The notes: a model not told the origin generated them from the letters alone. A DNA stretch of 47,649 nt from an uncultured Verrucomicrobiae bacterium (GCA_963788655.1 CAWBHS010000092.1:1-47649); one strand, 5' to 3'. Positions 9,036 to 18,953 are shown, numbered from the stretch's first letter. Numbers and translations: made by a program.

Positions 9036-10286
9036 ATGGCTTTCACTGCCACCCAAGATCTGATGCTTCCCGCCACTGTGACCGGCTCATGGCCGCGTCC
9101 GCGCTGGTACAACGTGAACCTGTCGGGGCGCCCCCTCGACACCGCCATGATGGACCCGTGGTATCGCGAGCAGTTTTCCGACGCGCTCGCGATTGTCGCC
9201 TCCGATCAGGCGCGGGCCGGCCTCGACATTCTCACCACCGGAGATTACCACTTGGACGAGGACGTAGCGGGGCGTTCCTGGCATCATTATCCATTGCAAC
9301 GCTGGAAGGGCCTTGAGCACGAGGAACTCCAAACCGAGAAGACCCGCTCCCCGCTGCTTTCGTATCCCGTGGGCACGATGCTCGACTCGATTTACAAAAC
9401 GTGGCGCTGGCCGCGCGTGACCGGCAAGGTGGAGCACGATCCCAAAAATCCCCTCGAATACGCCAAGATCTGGCGCGTGGCACAGCAAGCTGCCGCTGCT
9501 TCGGGACGGCCCGTGAAATTCGGCACCTGCTCGGCTCAGGTGTTGGCCTTCTTCCTCGACAGCCACACGCCGGATTATGATCTCGACGACAAGAAGCAAT
9601 TGATCTGGGACATGGCGGAGGCCATGAACAAGGAGTTGCGCCAGCTCGCCGCCTCGGGTTGTAAGGTGCTTCAAGTGGAAGAGCCGACGCTCCATTTCAT
9701 GGCGCGCTACAATCCCGATATGAAGGAGTTTATCAACTTCCTCGTGGACGCGTTCAACCGCGAAGTCGAGGGCTTGGACGACGTGGAGGTCTGGATTCAC
9801 ACCTGCTGGGGCAATCCCAACATGCAAAAAGTCTTCAGCGACGAGTCTTACGCGAACTCGATGGAGATTTATCTCGAACGGCTCAAGGGCGACGTGTGGA
9901 CGATTGAAGCGACGGAGAACAACCTCAAGGAACTGCCGCTGTTCGACAAGTACAAGGACCGGCTCAAAAAGAAAGTCGCGGTCGGCGTCATCAGCCATCG
10001 CACCTTACAGGCGGATTTTCCAAACGTCATTGCCGACCGGATTCGTCGCGCCCTCAAACACATTCCCGCCGACAAATTGGTGCTCTCGACGGATTGCGGC
10101 TTTGGCCGGCAGGGCTTCAACCGCCATCTCGCGTTCTACAAGACCGTGGGCATTCCGTTGGCCCGCAACCTCATCCTCAAAGAACTGGGCCTGCCGGAAC
10201 GCTACGTGCCCGCCGCGGACGAACACCTCGCGTGGGACCAGCTTCCCGATTACGAACCGCTCACGCACTTGAAGCCGCTGCGGTAA
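9036..10286 (+). CDS. Cobalamin-independent methionine synthase II family protein (single-barrel MetE-like Zn-thiol transferase)
   Basis: GSWPRP N-terminus, DQARAGLDILTTGD, LQVEEP, Zn ligands HTCWGN and STDCGFG, VAVGVISH. 416 aa, i.e. only one barrel. Confidence 0.88.
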   Translation: MAFTATQDLMLPATVTGSWPRPRWYNVNLSGRPLDTAMMDPWYREQFSDALAIVASDQARAGLDILTTGDYHLDEDVAGRSWHHYPLQRWKGLEHEELQTEKTRSPLLSYPVGTMLDSIYKTWRWPRVTGKVEHDPKNPLEYAKIWRVAQQAAAASGRPVKFGTCSAQVLAFFLDSHTPDYDLDDKKQLIWDMAEAMNKELRQLAASGCKVLQVEEPTLHFMARYNPDMKEFINFLVDAFNREVEGLDDVEVWIHTCWGNPNMQKVFSDESYANSMEIYLERLKGDVWTIEATENNLKELPLFDKYKDRLKKKVAVGVISHRTLQADFPNVIADRIRRALKHIPADKLVLSTDCGFGRQGFNRHLAFYKTVGIPLARNLILKELGLPERYVPAADEHLAWDQLPDYEPLTHLKPLR

Positions 10287-10369
10287 GTATGGCGAACGAG
10301 GCGCCTCTTACTGTCGGCCCGCGCCGGCTCATGGGGAGCGTTTACGTAACTACTAATCGCGCCATCTGA

Positions 10370-11263
10370 ATGGCCTCCCCACGCTTCTCCGTCTGCGAAA
10401 TCTCGACCCTGCGGGCAACGTTCGCGGAGGATCTAGCGGCTTGCCGGGAGGGCGGAGCCGAAGGCATCGGTATCTGCGAATTCAAACTGCCCGCCGACCG
10501 GAACAACGCACCCGCCCTTGCGGCCTTTCGGGCAAGCGGACTGGCGGCAACCATTGGCGTGCCCGCCACGCTGTCGATTCTACCGTTGCCGTTGATGCCC
10601 GGCCCCAGCAATCCCGCCGAGCGAGTAGCCACGCTGTGCGCGGGCCTGCGACGGCTCGCCCAATTCGAACCAGTGGCGTGCCTGTGTCTGACGGGGCCAC
10701 GCGGCGCGTTGTCGGAAATCGAGGCCAGGCGGATTGTCGTGGACGGCTTGCGGACAATTGCGCGAACGGCGGCGGACCTTGGCATCCGACTGGGAGTCGA
10801 GCCGGTTCACCGTTCGATCAAGGATGACTGGACGTTGGTGAGCAACATACCGGAGACGCTCGACTTGCTGGCGGAAGTGGGTGAACCAAATCTGGGCGTG
10901 GTGTTTGACACGTGGCATTTGTGGGATACGTCGGATGTGCTCGATCACGCACAGGCCCACGCCGGCCAATTTGTCGGCGTCCACATCAACGACCGGCGCC
11001 AACCGACTCGAAGCTGGAAAGACCGCGTGTTGCCGGGCGACGGAGTCATTGACTTGCCCGCCATCTTCGGCGCGCTCGAAGCCGGTGGTTACGGCGGTTG
11101 GTACGACCTCGAGATCTTCTCCGACGACGGTTCGTTCGGTGATGATTATCCTGATTCGCTTTGGAAGCTGCCGCCCGCCGAACTGGTGCGTCGGGGCCGT
11201 GCGGGTTTCCGTCGGGCGTGGGCAGCACGGGGCCGGGTCTCTGGTAATCAAGCTGCTCGGTAA
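10370..11263 (+). CDS. Sugar phosphate isomerase/epimerase family TIM barrel (AP endonuclease 2 / IolE-like)
   Basis: Metal-binding motifs LGVEPVH, FDTWHLW, VHINDR, RVLPGDGVIDL and YDLEIFS. Confidence 0.88.
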   Translation: MASPRFSVCEISTLRATFAEDLAACREGGAEGIGICEFKLPADRNNAPALAAFRASGLAATIGVPATLSILPLPLMPGPSNPAERVATLCAGLRRLAQFEPVACLCLTGPRGALSEIEARRIVVDGLRTIARTAADLGIRLGVEPVHRSIKDDWTLVSNIPETLDLLAEVGEPNLGVVFDTWHLWDTSDVLDHAQAHAGQFVGVHINDRRQPTRSWKDRVLPGDGVIDLPAIFGALEAGGYGGWYDLEIFSDDGSFGDDYPDSLWKLPPAELVRRGRAGFRRAWAARGRVSGNQAAR

Positions 11264-11298
11264 ACAACGCTCTGACTGCTCCCTCCCCCCTTGCACGC

Positions 11299-11658
11299 TC
11301 AATCACCGCTGCGCTTGCGCTCATACTGGTAAAGATGCACCGCCAACGGCGCGAAGGTTTGGGGCACATCCGGAGCGACCTGAGTTCCCCCTGCGGTCAG
11401 GTCACGAATCGTGTACTGCTCGCCAAGCAGCCAGGGAAGTTTCGCCGTCACCGACTTGCCTGCGGTGGCATGGTTGATGACGGCCACGAGCCAGACGTTC
11501 CCCTGTTGGACGCGCCGGGCTTCCAGGCGCGGGTAGGCCAGCGGGTAAGAAACCATGATGGACGCAGGAAGGCGAAACGGTGTAACTGGTTCAACAATAC
11601 ATGGCCCGTCCAGAGGGAGTCGCAGACCTCCCGGTCGGGGCGGCTGGCGTTGATTCAT
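11299..11658 (-). pseudogene. Probable C-terminal remnant of a glycoside hydrolase-like protein
   Basis: The second half (LEARRVQQGNVWLVAVINH...TIRDLTAG...FAPLAVHLY) resembles a C-terminal all-beta GH domain. The first ~35 aa look non-coding. Confidence 0.4.
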
Positions 11659-14477
11659 GGTCCGGTTGCCGTTTGTTTCACCGCCGGCTCGAACCGGGGA
11701 TCCTGGAAGCGGAAGGGTTCGTTCGCGCTGAAGAAGACTTGGTAGATGTCGTAATTGGTTTTCATCATCTCGTCGAGCATGGCTTTCCAGAAGCGGTCGG
11801 TCACGGCGATGAGGCCAGTGTTACCTGCTTCGCCGGTGTATTTGTCGAACCAGCGGCCGGTGGTCGCCTGGTCCACGAGCGTGAACCACTCGATGCCGAC
11901 GACATAGCCGAGCGTGGCAGCTTGCTCGACATACTGCCGGTAGGCCAAACCGCGCTCGCGCTGGCTGGACACATCCTTGCCTCCGCCCGACAGCCCACTG
12001 TCGCTGGGTGAGCTGAAATAGAACTCGCTAAAGAACATCGGCCGGTCTCCCATCCAACCATGGATGCGGGCGAGCAGTTCGCGATCGAGACCATACGTGT
12101 AGTAGTTGAAGGAGATCACGTCCATGTATTGGCCGCTGAGCCGGCAGACGGTTTCGTTGTTGATCGTGCCGGGCTGGAATCGGTTGCCGAGCAGCAGATG
12201 GTTGGGGTCGTAGCGGTGGAACGTTTCCGTCACGAGCCGGAAGTAGGCGTCCAGGAACAGGCCCGTGAATTTCTGCAGGTCGTCCTGGGCAGCGCGCGTC
12301 TTGAGTGGCAGCCCGTGATTGGCCACCTCCGCAAATGATGGTAATTCCGTTTCCCAGGCACGGTTGAACGCCGCGATTGTTCCGTAATTCTCCTCCAGCA
12401 TTTGCGCCAGCCGCCGCTTGCACGGGTGCGTGGCATCCAGCGCCGCCACCGCCGCGGGGATTTCCTCCCATAGCGGTTCGTTGCCGAGGTAATAGCCGAT
12501 CAGCAACGGATCCCCGGCTTGGGGCGGCAGCTTTTCGGAGAAGAGCTTGTCGCAGTGCTCGCGCAGTTTGTCGGAGAATGGATCAAACACACCGTGCGCC
12601 CCGGGCACTTCGGGAAAACCCTCCCACGTGGACAGCGGCAGACTCGCGACGTGCGGGAAATTCAGCCGCCGTCGGGTGCCCGCATCACCGGCTCCAAAGG
12701 CGCCGGCCGAGTTGAAGCCCCATTGGCGGACGCGTTCAATCATCCGAGCCGTGTAGTCGGCCGACTCGTAGGGCCGCCCGAACTTGCGAATCCAATTCAC
12801 GAGGTGGAACGAGAGCACGTTGGGTTTCCAAAAAGCGTCCGGATGGAACGCGCTCTTGAATTCGCCGCCGGGCGCGGGCAGCCACTCATAGATCGATTCG
12901 CGGCCCGCGAAATAGGTGTAATCGTCGCTCGGGTTCATCGCGCAGACACCGAGATGGAAGAAGGCGTTGCCAGCCGGGTCCACCAGGATCCACCGGGCGT
13001 CCTTCTTCTCAACATGGAAGAAGCCGGTCCGCCGGAGGTCGTATTTCTCGCGGCTGCCCGGCCAGCCGCCGTAAGTATCGAGCGCCGATGGGTGCAGGCT
13101 GGCCAGCCAAGCAGCTTGAGATTGCACGTCTTGTTCGAGTTCGTCCTCCGTTTTCACTTTGCCGGCAAAATCCGTGCGCGTGCTTTGGCCGAAACGGTCC
13201 ACGAGCTTCACCGCGGGACCGGTTGGCGGGTGCGACGTAATCTTCACCTGCATCGGGCCGGCGCCGCTCGTACAAGGCGCATCAAAATGCCAGGCGAAGA
13301 TCTTCCAGCCCCATTCGCGGTTATCGGTCAACTGTTGATAACTGCCCAGTGGCACCTGCACTGTGACCGTCGCCCCGGCGGGATTGCGCAACAACAGCGT
13401 GGCGGCATTGCCTTGATACAGGTGCGGCTTCGGGGGCTTCTGCGCGGGAAACGGTGTCTCCTGGCCGTCACCGATCTTCCACGCGCCGCCGCCGGCATAG
13501 CTGAAGTCGATAAGCAGGGCCCCGCGCAGCGACTTCACACTGGCCGGCACGTTGACGGGCGTCAGGATCAGCGTGCCCTCCGCCGGCTGCAACGCCACGT
13601 CCACGCGGGCGTCGCCCGCGAAGCGCAGCGTGGCGGTGTTACCCGTGACTTTGCGCTCGACCGGCTTGCGGACGTCATCCCACCGAGCGCCAACGAAGAC
13701 TGGATACTGAAGCGTGAACTGTCCGTCACTGCCCGCGTCAATGGCCAATCCGTCCTGGGCTAGATGCAGCGCGAACCTGGGACCGGCCGCGGGCTTGGGC
13801 GGTACGGCTTTCGCCACATCCGGCTTCGGCGCGGGCGGTTCCTGATCCAGTCCGCCACTCCAAGCCTTGAACGTGAACCAGGCCTCGTTCCCTCCGCCGG
13901 TCGGCATCGAGGTGGCGAGCATATAATCGAAATTCGCGACGTTCCATTTGCGACCATCCTGAAGCTGGTGCCACCCGTACGGCATGGCCACCGTGAAGCG
14001 CGCGCCCTGCGGCGATGTCAGAGTGACCGGTTTCGGATTGCCCTTGAAGACAAACTGCTCGCCGCCAAACTCTACGGGAAAAGGTCTTTCCGCCTCGTCT
14101 TGCAATTGAAACTTGCCGCCGTTCTTGAACTCGCCCGGCAATGTCATTTCCATTCGAAACCCGCGCGCCGCCTCGGTGATTCCCGTAAAATGGAGCGTGA
14201 TCGCCGCGCCGGCGCGGGTGGCGGTAAGCTTTACGCCCTGCGGGTAGCTGACACTGGCGGTGTTGCCCTTCACTGTGACGCTGACCGGCTCAGTCGCCTT
14301 CTGGGCCGCGTCCAGCAGCGCCGGATACTTTAGACAAAAACGTCCCGCCGCTCCTCCGTCGAGCATCAGCCCTTGTTCCGTGAAGCGCACTTCGGCGCCA
14401 AATGACGCGCCGGCTCCCATGAGCGCCAGCACCATCAACCAACCGAACCAGAATTTGCTGTGAAGGATCATTTTCAT
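11655..14477 (-). CDS. Secreted GH50-like (beta-agarase-type, clan GH-A) glycoside hydrolase with a tandemly duplicated N-terminal domain
   Basis: Signal peptide. VDRFGQ, DTYGGW, TGFFHVEK...WILVDPAGNAFFHLGV, WGFNSAG. Putative acid/base GYYLGNEP and nucleophile FSEFYF. RGLAYRQY. Confidence 0.8.
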   Translation of the reverse strand: MKMILHSKFWFGWLMVLALMGAGASFGAEVRFTEQGLMLDGGAAGRFCLKYPALLDAAQKATEPVSVTVKGNTASVSYPQGVKLTATRAGAAITLHFTGITEAARGFRMEMTLPGEFKNGGKFQLQDEAERPFPVEFGGEQFVFKGNPKPVTLTSPQGARFTVAMPYGWHQLQDGRKWNVANFDYMLATSMPTGGGNEAWFTFKAWSGGLDQEPPAPKPDVAKAVPPKPAAGPRFALHLAQDGLAIDAGSDGQFTLQYPVFVGARWDDVRKPVERKVTGNTATLRFAGDARVDVALQPAEGTLILTPVNVPASVKSLRGALLIDFSYAGGGAWKIGDGQETPFPAQKPPKPHLYQGNAATLLLRNPAGATVTVQVPLGSYQQLTDNREWGWKIFAWHFDAPCTSGAGPMQVKITSHPPTGPAVKLVDRFGQSTRTDFAGKVKTEDELEQDVQSQAAWLASLHPSALDTYGGWPGSREKYDLRRTGFFHVEKKDARWILVDPAGNAFFHLGVCAMNPSDDYTYFAGRESIYEWLPAPGGEFKSAFHPDAFWKPNVLSFHLVNWIRKFGRPYESADYTARMIERVRQWGFNSAGAFGAGDAGTRRRLNFPHVASLPLSTWEGFPEVPGAHGVFDPFSDKLREHCDKLFSEKLPPQAGDPLLIGYYLGNEPLWEEIPAAVAALDATHPCKRRLAQMLEENYGTIAAFNRAWETELPSFAEVANHGLPLKTRAAQDDLQKFTGLFLDAYFRLVTETFHRYDPNHLLLGNRFQPGTINNETVCRLSGQYMDVISFNYYTYGLDRELLARIHGWMGDRPMFFSEFYFSSPSDSGLSGGGKDVSSQRERGLAYRQYVEQAATLGYVVGIEWFTLVDQATTGRWFDKYTGEAGNTGLIAVTDRFWKAMLDEMMKTNYDIYQVFFSANEPFRFQDPRFEPAVKQTATGP

Positions 14478-14549
14478 TGCTTGTTTAAACGGTGCCAACC
14501 TAAGCCGGCCGCGCCGCAACCGAAAGCAAACAGATTCGCGCTGTTGATC

Positions 14550-16373
14550 CTACTGGGCACCGTTGGTCTTGTCCGCCGCCGCGCCGCTATAGACCCGCAC
14601 GAAATCCACATACATGTCGGCCTGGCCGTCATAGCGGGACAAATCGACCGGCCAACCACCGCCGGTAGCCAGATTGATGAGAAAGAAGAACCGCTGTTGC
14701 TTGGAGAGCGGCAGCGTCGCGTGGCGGCCCACTTCAATGTTGTCGCAGTAGTAGATGGTATCGGTCCTGGTGATCATGCAGCCATAGGTATGGAATGCTT
14801 CGAACCAGGCGGAGGGAATGCCGAACTTGCCCATGCGAATGGGATTGTGCATGGCCGCGAACGCCTTTTTCTCGATGGCCTTGCCGGTGTCGCCCTGGTC
14901 CCAGGCATGCGGACAAATCATATAGGTGTCGAACGCGTTGGGGTGGCCGGGGCCTTCGCCGCCGTACGCCTCAATGATGTCCAGTTCGTCACACGGCACT
15001 TTGCGGCCTTTGACGTGATCGGTCATGTAATCGGTCAGGAGCCAGAAAGCCGGCCAGGTGCCGATGGCGTTGGGACCAATAAACCGGCACTCGAAGTAAC
15101 AGGGCGCCTGGGCCGTGATGCCCGTAGCGTCGTTCTTCATCGAGGAAATCAAACCGGAGCTCTTGGCCTTTTCACTCGCCCGGATGCGCAGATAGGAATC
15201 AACTTGGCTGAAGGGATTGTTCGGTTTATCGAAACTCGTGAATCGGATCGTGCTGAAATCCTGCCAGCCGCCGGGCGGTTTGTGATCGTAGTAAGTAGCT
15301 TTGGGATCGGTGCTGGAAATGGAGAGCGGCCCGTTAAAGTCATCCGCAAAGATTAGGGACATGCCTTTCGCTGCCGGGGGTGCATCCTTGGGCATGCCTT
15401 CGTGCCAGGAAACGCCGCCCTGGTTGAAGAGCTGGAGATAGCAATTGTCTTTGACGCTGCCGTTGTCGCCACTGATTCTCACCGTGATGGGCCCATGCGG
15501 GTACGCATCGGCTGGGAAGACGAACGAGCCCTTGCCTTTGGCGTCCAGCGTCACCATGGCGACGGTGGAATCGGATCCGAAGCCGTCACCTTGCTTCCAG
15601 CATTTCACGGTCACGGTTTTGAAGCCGGCCGCCGCCAGGGTGATGGGAGAGTTACCTTTGATGGCACTGCCATACGCCGGCGAATGCACGGCCACCTGGC
15701 AGCCCAGGGTTTCGTCGGCGCTCTGCTCGGAATCGACGCTGAGCGCATCGAAATACAAATCACTTTCGATGGCCGCCAATTGGTTGTTCTCCTGGGGCTG
15801 ACCAAGGGTGAAGGTGATTCCAGTGATCGGATAATTCAGCTTGCCGTTCTTGTCCCCACCCCATGTCTCATGGGGTGCGACCAAGTCGAACACGACCTCC
15901 TTCCAGCCCGTAAAATCGATGATGCCGCCTTGCCCCTTGCCGGTGGACAGTGACCGATACTGGTGTGTCTCGCCCGAGGCGTCCGCGACCTGCAAGCCGT
16001 AGGAACATTTCGCGTTGTCCCCCTTGAGCCAGAAGTGCAGGTTGTGGACAGGAGCTTGAATCCGAACCTTGTTGGGGATGCCAAGGTACTGGAAACTTCC
16101 GGTGCCGACAAAACGGTAATGCAACTTCAGACACTGCTTCCCGTCGTGCGGTTGATCGGTGGACAACTTCACCAAGGCGTTTTCATTGGGAATGTTGACC
16201 ACCCACACGGTGGGCTGCGAGGACGCCTGCTCAAAATCCTGTACCATCACCGGGGTAACTGCGCCAACCGGCGTAATCCAGCAAACCAACGCAATCAGGG
16301 TGAGCATCACCACGGGATTTCTCGTCGTCACCAGATCAATGCGGCCCGGGGTTGCAGGTCGTTGTTTTGTCAT
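14550..16373 (-). CDS. Secreted GH16 glycoside hydrolase with an N-terminal CBM-like domain
   Basis: LIFADDFNG, YFECR, GTWPAFWLL, catalytic ELDIIE, FHTYG, INLATGGGWP, MYVDFVRVY. N-terminal QDFEQ...GKQCLKLHY...FWLKGD...LYFDALSV CBM-like domain. Start uncertain. Confidence 0.85.
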   Translation of the reverse strand: MTKQRPATPGRIDLVTTRNPVVMLTLIALVCWITPVGAVTPVMVQDFEQASSQPTVWVVNIPNENALVKLSTDQPHDGKQCLKLHYRFVGTGSFQYLGIPNKVRIQAPVHNLHFWLKGDNAKCSYGLQVADASGETHQYRSLSTGKGQGGIIDFTGWKEVVFDLVAPHETWGGDKNGKLNYPITGITFTLGQPQENNQLAAIESDLYFDALSVDSEQSADETLGCQVAVHSPAYGSAIKGNSPITLAAAGFKTVTVKCWKQGDGFGSDSTVAMVTLDAKGKGSFVFPADAYPHGPITVRISGDNGSVKDNCYLQLFNQGGVSWHEGMPKDAPPAAKGMSLIFADDFNGPLSISSTDPKATYYDHKPPGGWQDFSTIRFTSFDKPNNPFSQVDSYLRIRASEKAKSSGLISSMKNDATGITAQAPCYFECRFIGPNAIGTWPAFWLLTDYMTDHVKGRKVPCDELDIIEAYGGEGPGHPNAFDTYMICPHAWDQGDTGKAIEKKAFAAMHNPIRMGKFGIPSAWFEAFHTYGCMITRTDTIYYCDNIEVGRHATLPLSKQQRFFFLINLATGGGWPVDLSRYDGQADMYVDFVRVYSGAAADKTNGAQ

Positions 16374-16519
16374 AGATTTTCGCTGTTTGTCTTCACTACG
16401 GCCGTAACTTTCCCAGGGGAAGGTCAACCAGTGTTCCAGGAAACGACGCGGCGCGAGCCTCGATTGTTCAAAGCACTTTTCGCTGCGATAATGACTCTTG
16501 GATCCTCGCGCGGAAAATT

Positions 16520-16667
16520 CAGAGAGATCGATGTAGCCTTGCAGATCGAAGGGGGTGCCCGGCGTTTCCGTTGCCGATTGGACTGACAAGGGATTGGAAA
16601 CCAGCAGACCGAGCAGACTGATCAGCAGGCCGGCGCCTCCGCCGGGAAGCGTGGCGTTAGGAGGCAT
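16520..16667 (-). pseudogene. Probable N-terminal remnant of a secreted protein (signal peptide plus PFDLQGYID)
   Basis: Hydrophobic signal-like segment followed by a short coding-like stretch that decays into non-coding-like sequence, in frame with the GH16 ORF, which has its own signal peptide. Confidence 0.35.
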
Positions 16668-16758
16668 GGAAGAATTCAGGTTTCGTTTCTAATTCGGCTT
16701 GGGTCAGGGATGTTCATGAAGCCAAGGACTAACCGCAATGGATTGGCGACACGGGATC

Positions 16759-17856
16759 TTATTTCGTTCGCGCTTTGCGTAGCGCCTCGAGGTAAGCCGC
16801 CGGCAGTTTTACGGGACCGCCATCCTTTGACCACCAACGCGGGGTTTCGGAGTAGATCCAAACATAGTCGTCGGCGGTTTGCAGTGCGGCGCGCACGCTG
16901 GTTTCGAACGCCTCCGGGGTGAAATAGTTCTTCGACACGTCGTCGGTGAACCAGCCTTTCTTGCGCCAGTCCTGGTCCAGCCAAAGGCCGAACGCAAATG
17001 AGAACGTGCGATGGTATTTTCCCGGATTCTCCACGATGGGCAACAGGCCGGTTTTCATGGTCTGATAGGCGGCGGTGAACTGTTCGGGCTTTTTGAACCC
17101 GTAGGAAACTTCGTAGCCGTCCACGATGCGGGTGCGTCCCTGGGCCGCGTCCACCAGACCATCCACGAACGGGGCGAGCAGGCCGTAATGACATTGGGGC
17201 AGGGCGTTGGTTTTGCCGGACGCCTCCACCCACGGCAGGGAGTAGCCGAACGTGAGGAAAACCGTCAGGCCGGGATAGCCCGCCTGGAAGGCCCGCATCA
17301 ATTCCCGGCCGCGTTGGCGCACTTGCGCGGCGTAAACGTCCCAGGATTTCGTTTTGGCGTCGCGCTGCTTGTGGCAATCGAACAGCGGGGCATTGTATTG
17401 CTCAATGTCGAAGAGCAGGCCCGGACATCCCCCGTCACGCGCCAACCTCGCCGCCAGCCAGGCATTGGTGAGCACGGCGGAATGATCATCGAACCAATCG
17501 AGGTTTGCGGGCGTGGTGTTGAAGCGGAGGAAATTGTATTTGAACCGGCTCGAACGGACGGCTCGCAGATCAGCGAACGCTTGTTGTAGATCGGCTTCGG
17601 TCAATGCGTTCGTGCTCCAACTGTCCCAAGTGAAACTGCCTTCGTGGCCATTGGCTTGTTTGAAGTTGGCGTGGAAGACGCAACCATCGAACGGCGTTTG
17701 TTCCATCTCGGCCAGGTGCTGGCGCAGAAAGCCCGTGTCCGGTTCATCCCAGCCGAACTCGATGAGTTTCTTCGAGGGCGATTCAGCGGCGAAGAGGCTG
17801 GTGGCCAGGAACCCCGGCAGGAAGGATCCGAGCGAGAAGAGTTGGAATCGTGTCAT
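16759..17856 (-). CDS. Secreted conserved hypothetical protein, probable TIM-barrel glycoside-hydrolase-like fold
   Basis: Signal peptide. KKLIEFGWDEPD, PFDGCVF, GLLFDIEQY, VDGYEVSYG, ADDYVWIYSE. Strong coding-like codon bias. Confidence 0.75.
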   Translation of the reverse strand: MTRFQLFSLGSFLPGFLATSLFAAESPSKKLIEFGWDEPDTGFLRQHLAEMEQTPFDGCVFHANFKQANGHEGSFTWDSWSTNALTEADLQQAFADLRAVRSSRFKYNFLRFNTTPANLDWFDDHSAVLTNAWLAARLARDGGCPGLLFDIEQYNAPLFDCHKQRDAKTKSWDVYAAQVRQRGRELMRAFQAGYPGLTVFLTFGYSLPWVEASGKTNALPQCHYGLLAPFVDGLVDAAQGRTRIVDGYEVSYGFKKPEQFTAAYQTMKTGLLPIVENPGKYHRTFSFAFGLWLDQDWRKKGWFTDDVSKNYFTPEAFETSVRAALQTADDYVWIYSETPRWWSKDGGPVKLPAAYLEALRKARTK

Positions 17857-17986
17857 GCGGTGCAGTCCAGCAGAAGTTCACTGGAAGGTTAAGTCTTTTT
17901 TCATTACCTCTCTGGTATCTTGCCGGCAGTAACGAATGAAAGGCGATGGGCAAATTCTGAACAGGCGCTGCGCTTTGCCAAGGCGG

Positions 17987-18022
17987 TTCCAAATCTGCCG
18001 GCAGGATGCCGGCAACACGCTG
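17987..18022. repeat. REP-like element, family B (solo copy)
   Basis: ttccaaatctgccggcaggatgccggcaacacgctg matches the right arms of the 41109-41352 units (ctgccggcaagatgccggcagcacgttg). Confidence 0.65.
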
Positions 18023-18073
18023 AAATTTGAGATTTGATATTTCCTCCGCCGGGTTTGAGAGTCACCGCCGCAG

Positions 18074-18811
18074 ATGGCCGATTCATACTACAAACCAGGA
18101 GAGCAGCGCGCCACCCGCGTGGGCGATTTGTTCGCGACCATCGCGCCGCGTTACGACCTGATCAACGACCTGCAAAGCTTCGGGCTGCACCGCGTCTGGA
18201 AGCGGCGCTTGGTACGGCTGGCGAATCCCCAATCCGGTGAGCGCGCCTTGGATGTTTGTTGCGGCACGGGGGATTTGGCTTTTGCGCTGTCCGCCCGTGG
18301 CGCCGCCGTCACCGGACTTGATTTCAGCGAGGCCATGCTGGACGTCGCCAAGAAACGAATGGCCAAAGACGCCGTAGTTCATTCCGCATCACCGAAAACT
18401 CGCCCGCACTTCATTCAAGGTGATGCGCAACAGTTGCCATTTGACGCTGGCCAATTCGACATCGTGACGGTTGGCTACGGCTTGCGCAACTTGGCCAGTT
18501 GGGAAACCGGCGTGCAGGAAATGTGGCGGGTTACCCGGACGGGCGGGCGATTGCTGATGCTGGATTTTGGCAAACCGCCAAACTTGTGGTGGCGCGCCAT
18601 TTATTTTGGCTACCTACGTCGGTTCGTGCCGCTGTTGGGCCGGCTGGTGTGCGGCAACGCGTCCGCCTACCGTTACATCTTGGAGTCGCTCGAACCGTAT
18701 CCCGCCCAGGATGGTGTGGACCAAGCCCTGCGCCAACTGGGCGGTCAGGAGGTTCGGATCATTTATCTGTTGGGCGGGGTGATGACCATCAACTACGCCC
18801 GCAAAGGCTGA
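18074..18811 (+). CDS. ubiE: UbiE/MenG family quinone-biosynthesis C-methyltransferase
   Basis: FATIAPRYDLINDLQSFGLHRVWKR, LDVCCGTGDLA, GDAQQLPF, GYGLRN, AYRYILESL. Confidence 0.88.
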   Translation: MADSYYKPGEQRATRVGDLFATIAPRYDLINDLQSFGLHRVWKRRLVRLANPQSGERALDVCCGTGDLAFALSARGAAVTGLDFSEAMLDVAKKRMAKDAVVHSASPKTRPHFIQGDAQQLPFDAGQFDIVTVGYGLRNLASWETGVQEMWRVTRTGGRLLMLDFGKPPNLWWRAIYFGYLRRFVPLLGRLVCGNASAYRYILESLEPYPAQDGVDQALRQLGGQEVRIIYLLGGVMTINYARKG

Positions 18812-18862
18812 CGCGATAGACGCACTCAAGGAATTCCTGAGTGGTGTCTATGCAATTGAGAA

Positions 18863-18950
18863 GGTGGGGCGCGCAATCCATTGCGCGCCGCGAACGGAGC
18901 CAACCGTGCCCCGGGAATGAGACGGCGCGCCCGGAGTGACGCGCCTCACC
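18863..18950. repeat. REP doublet / hairpin between convergent genes
   Basis: Outer inverted repeat ggtggggcgcg...cgcgcctcacc, with internal hairpin ggcgcgcaatccattgcgcgcc. Confidence 0.65.
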
Positions 18951-18953
18951 CTT

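Noticed and set aside
9036..10286. Naming the gene metE
   Set aside because: It has only one barrel (416 aa), and methionine-synthase activity cannot be established from the sequence.
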